Part shown: positions 60,180 to 64,000 of the stretch, one piece after another
Numbering within the stretch: position 1 is the first letter of the stretch
Layout: the number at the start of each line of letters is the position of its first letter
Source: Leucoraja erinacea
Taxonomy: Eukaryota
Reading direction: 5' to 3'
Assembly (NCBI RefSeq): GCF_028641065.1
Contig: NC_073380.1
Location: 23,312,001 to 23,376,000 of the forward strand
DNA length: 64,000 nucleotides
Position numbers and translations under genes: made by a program
Notes under the pieces: generated by a model
The model's input: only the letters and a program-made list of their open reading frames with translations
Databases searched by the model: none
What the model was told of the DNA's origin: nothing

Positions 60180-60490
60180 TGTATCTGTGAGGATTTAAAA
60201 ACACCTCACATTCCCACATAATGAATGAATGATTCTGAATTGTCGTCTTCCTCACACAGTGGCAAATTTTAACATAGCAAAATGTTACAAGGAAGTGGTG
60301 AGCATTGATCATTTCAGTGGTGTTGCTTGAGCAATATACATTGAACCATTCATCAAGAAAACTCCCTTGTATTTCTCTGCTGCTGGCCTGAGACTTTTTA
60401 ATTCCACCTGCAACAGACTGGGTTCACACCTCATTCAATAGACAGCACTCTCAATAGCATAATACTCTCTCATTGCAACATTGAGGTGAG
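60180..60490 (-). mobile_element. Ancient Deu-domain SINE relic
   Basis: CTCATTCAATAGACAGCACTCTCAATAGCATAATACTCTCTCA resembles the antisense Deu core. Confidence 0.45.
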
Positions 60491-62023
60491 TTGAGCCAAG
60501 TAGATGAGAGCCAAGTAAATGTCCATTCTGTCTGTATGCTTCCAATAGCACAAAAATGTCACTTCAATGCCCATTCTTAAAAGCACTTGATGAGTATAAC
60601 TAACACTAACACTCAATAGACTGGGCTTTCTGCAGAACACGAGATACATACTGACAAATTTGCAATGTCAATGACCAATATTTTATCCATTGAAAAAAGA
60701 TGTGTGCATTCCAATAGCTGCTTTATTTCCCAAGGGAATGACTGTGGTCAGTGATTTATTCAATTGAATTAAGCAGATTAAGAAATCTTACAATAAAATG
60801 AATAATTTAAATATGGATCCATTAAAATCAATCTCTATAGGCAAATGTCAAGAGAGGAATGCATTACTGGGAATAGTGAAGTCCACTGAGGGCTTCTTTT
60901 GTCAGTTGCCATAATCCTTTAGGCCTTTGCACGTCTGTGGGGCTCACCCTGTCCTTCTGATGGATGAGGCAACAATGGAGCTTCATGTTTCACAATATTG
61001 AACCATTTATCTTATTCTGTGGGACAATATCCAAAATCGACAAGCAGCTCTGATGTTAAAATGCCATTACCACCCATACTTTCCTAAAAAAATACTTTCC
61101 ATGTTTACTGGAGTCTTTGGTTGGAGTATGAGAAATGAAACAAATTAACTGAGATTTTTACCTAGTGATGGCAACAATTTCTAGGTACCCTACTGCCCTA
61201 CATGTTTAATTCTATAACTCTTAATGTGTGACTTTTATCAAATGAACACCATATGTCAATATAGATAAAAAAACCTAAAATAGAATATGGTACAGAATGC
61301 AGCTTTTTAAACCATGCTACATATTGTTAAAATAATTATCCACCACCTCAGCCATCAATGACACACAAGCTTTGACCCAGCTTTTCTGCAAATCGTTCTT
61401 TTTCAGTATACAGAAAATCTAATTGCTTTTGTAAACATCAGTGACGATTCTGCTCCCTCCTACATTCTGCTCCCTCCTATATTCCCGCAAAGAGTCTTTG
61501 ATGTCCAGCAATGTAAAGGTGACAATACCATCTTACCATCTATGTTCTCTTGCATGAAAAACCATTTCAACTTATTTTGCTAAGATTTCCAACTATCTCC
61601 CCAGTGCCTTCTTCAGACTAACCGTCATGTCTTAGCATACAGATTGTGCATTGGCATGCTAAATTCATCTATCTGTGATTTCAAAGTATAATGCTAGATC
61701 ACACATTATCGACATGACATTTGGCCCACTAAATTGATGCCGACCATCAATCACTCTTTTACACTAATCCTACATTAATCCTATTATTTTTATTCAGGCA
61801 CTTACTCATCAACTCTCCCCCAGCTTCTACCACTCACATACATGCACAGGGCAATTAACAGCATCCAATTAACCTACTACCTCAGATGTCTTGGAGATAA
61901 GGGAGGAAACTGTAGAGAGTAGATTCCATACGAATAACACTGTAGATAAAGATATGTTCTCTTGCACTGCGGGGCAGAGGCTTTACTGGGAGCACCACAC
62001 ACAAATCACCATGCCTGCACTTA

Positions 62024-62221
62024 ATAGCCTGTCCCACTGTATGAGGTAATTCAAGTGTTTTCCTGAGTTCTCCCCTGACTCGAGCTCGTGTAATGTACGT
62101 AGCAGGTACATAGGGGCTCGTACGAGTAAAAGGTAAAATAATTTTTCATCACGAGTATTTTTTTATTCGTGGATATTTTTCAATGTTGAAAAAACGTCAC
62201 GAGTTTACCGGATTTACCGGA
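62024..62221. mobile_element. Harbinger-type MITE left part, interrupted by the HERO element
   Basis: TTA|ATAGCCTGTCCCACT and the shared motif TTTTTATTCGTGGATATTTTTCA (compare 42775-42797). Confidence 0.7.
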
Positions 62222-64000
62222 CTATTACAACCAGTTCAGCATGAGAGTCTCATCAGGGTCAGTAACATCAGAGTGGCACAGACTGGAGGTTGGGATCATC
62301 ACAGGCTGTACCATCTCTGTGATCCTTGTTGCCTTGGCGATGAACATGATTGTCATGTCTGCTGAGCCAGAGTGCCGGGACCCTCGGACCAAGTCAGGAA
62401 TGCGCCAACCACCAATCAGAGCCTTCATGGACGACCTGACTGTCACCATTGAGTCAGTGCCAGGAGGCAGGTGGATCCTGCAGGGGTTGGAGAAGCTGAT
62501 TGGATGGGCAAGGATGAGGTTTAAGCCAGGAAAATCAAGGTCACTGGTGCTGAAGAAGGGCAAAGTCATGGACAGGTTCCGCTTCAGCATCGAAGGGACA
62601 CCAATCTCAACTGTCTCCGAAAGGCCAGTGAAGAGTCTTGGCAAGGTGTTTAACAGCAGCCTGAAGGATACAGCATCTGTCCAGGCAACCTGTCAGGAGA
62701 TGGAGAGCTGGTTGAGAGCGGTGTCCGGCAAGTTCAAGGCATGGATTTACCAGCATGGTATCCTGCCAAGGAGACTCTGGCCACTGCTTGTCTACGAAGT
62801 CCCAATATCCATCGTAGAGAGATTGGAGAAAGTCAGCAGCTTTCTCAGAAGGTGGCTGGGACTGCCCAGGAGCCTTAGCAGCATCGCCCTTTACGGAAAT
62901 AACACCAAGCTCCAGCTGCCCCTGAAGTCCCTGGAGGAGGAGTTTAAGGTGACTCGGGCCAGAGAGATGATGCTGTACAGGGACTCCAGCGACCCCAAGG
63001 TGGCTCAAGCAGGGGTGGAGGTGAAAACTGGGAGGAAGTGGAGGGCCGGTGAAGCCATGCTGCAAGCAGAGTCCCGGATACGCCACAGAGTCCTGGTGGG
63101 AGCAGTTACTCGGGGAAGAGCAGGCCTGGGAATCTTCCCATCTCCCCAGTTTGACAAGGCCAAGGGGAAGGAGAGGTGCAGGCTGGTCCAGGAGGAAGTA
63201 AGGGCAGTGGTGGAGGAGGAGAGGTGTACCAGAGCAGTTGGATTGAGGCAGCAGGGAGCCTGGACAAGGTGGGAGCAGGCCATGGACCGAAAAGTCACAT
63301 GGACTGAGCTCTGGCAGGCTGAACCACAGCGCATCCTGGTCCAGGCAGTGTATGATGTCCTGCCCAGCCCATTGAACCTCTTCATCTGGGGCAAAGCGGA
63401 ATCTCCAGATTGCCCGCAATGCTCAGGCAAGGGGACTTTGGAACACACCCTGAGCTGTTGCCCAAAGGCTCTTGGGCAGGGCCGGTACACATGGCGTCAC
63501 GACCTGGTTCTCAAACCCATTGCAGAAGCATCAGCATGGGAATCAGCAGCTGCAGACGTGCACGCCCCACCACCCAGATCATCACCTTCGTGAAGGCCGG
63601 AGTGCAGCTGCCAAGAACCACAGCAGCCAGGAATCAGTCAGGAATCCTGGTGACTGCGCAGGACTGGCAGCTTTCCGTAGACCTGGTGAAACAGCTGAAG
63701 TTCCCACAGCACATTGCCACGACCACCCTGAGGCCAGATATCCTCCTGGTCTCAGAGGCGACTAAAAACATCGTCTTGTTGGAACTGACAGTGCTGTGGG
63801 AGGACCGTCTGGAGGAGGCCCGCGAGAGGAAGATGGCCAAATATGAAGAACTGGTCATAGACTGCCACAAGCAGGGCTGGAAGGCAAGGTGTATGCCCAT
63901 CGAGGTTGGCTGCAGACGTTTTGCAGGGCAATCGCTCTACAAAGCCTTGAGTGCACTGGGCATCAACGGAGTGGCAAGGAGAAGGGCCATCAAGAACACC
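62222..64000 (+). mobile_element. HERO-clade (R2-group, restriction-like endonuclease) non-LTR retrotransposon; 5'-truncated, runs off the window
   Basis: RT GIITGCTIS and AFMDD; zinc knuckle CPQC..TLEHTLSCC; RHDLVL; after a frameshift near 63530, RLE motifs LRPDILL..LELTV, KMAKY, PIEVG. Confidence 0.9.
62241..64000 (+). pseudogene. HERO RT/CCHC/RLE ORF with one frameshift
   Basis: 450-aa ORF 62241-63593, continued in another frame to the window end without a stop. Confidence 0.85.

Noticed and set aside
62607-63490. Long antisense ORFs over HERO (and similar ones over Rex1 and Gypsy)
   Set aside because: Shadow frames of GC-rich coding sequence with no recognisable motifs.

Overview
Vertebrate non-coding DNA, almost certainly from a cartilaginous fish and probably a skate or ray (inferred from HE1/V-SINEs, Deu-domain SINE relics and dense CR1 and Penelope content). 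I found no host protein-coding exon, tRNA/rRNA gene or CRISPR array, so the window is intergenic or intronic. It holds two assembly gaps (15061-15244, 31165-31310) and many nested transposable elements: CR1 3' fragments (one young RT ORF at 31749-32816), a near-intact 5'-truncated Rex1/Babar LINE (5231-7572), many Penelope-like elements whose pseudo-LTRs carry minimal hammerhead-ribozyme-like cores, a decayed Ty3/Gypsy gag-pol (36630-40842) plus other LTRs, a decayed DIRS tyrosine-recombinase retrotransposon (43778-48368), two Helitron-type elements, seven PIF/Harbinger-type MITEs and a young HERO-clade restriction-like-endonuclease retrotransposon running off the right edge. The most interesting items are ~200-bp palindromic, TSD-flanked insertions made only of inverted Penelope pLTRs around a hammerhead core, a pre-miRNA-sized hairpin formed inside a CR1, template-switch twin hairpins and an unexplained 18-bp tandem array. 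Family names come from recalled motifs, not database searches, and the boundaries of degenerate elements are approximate.
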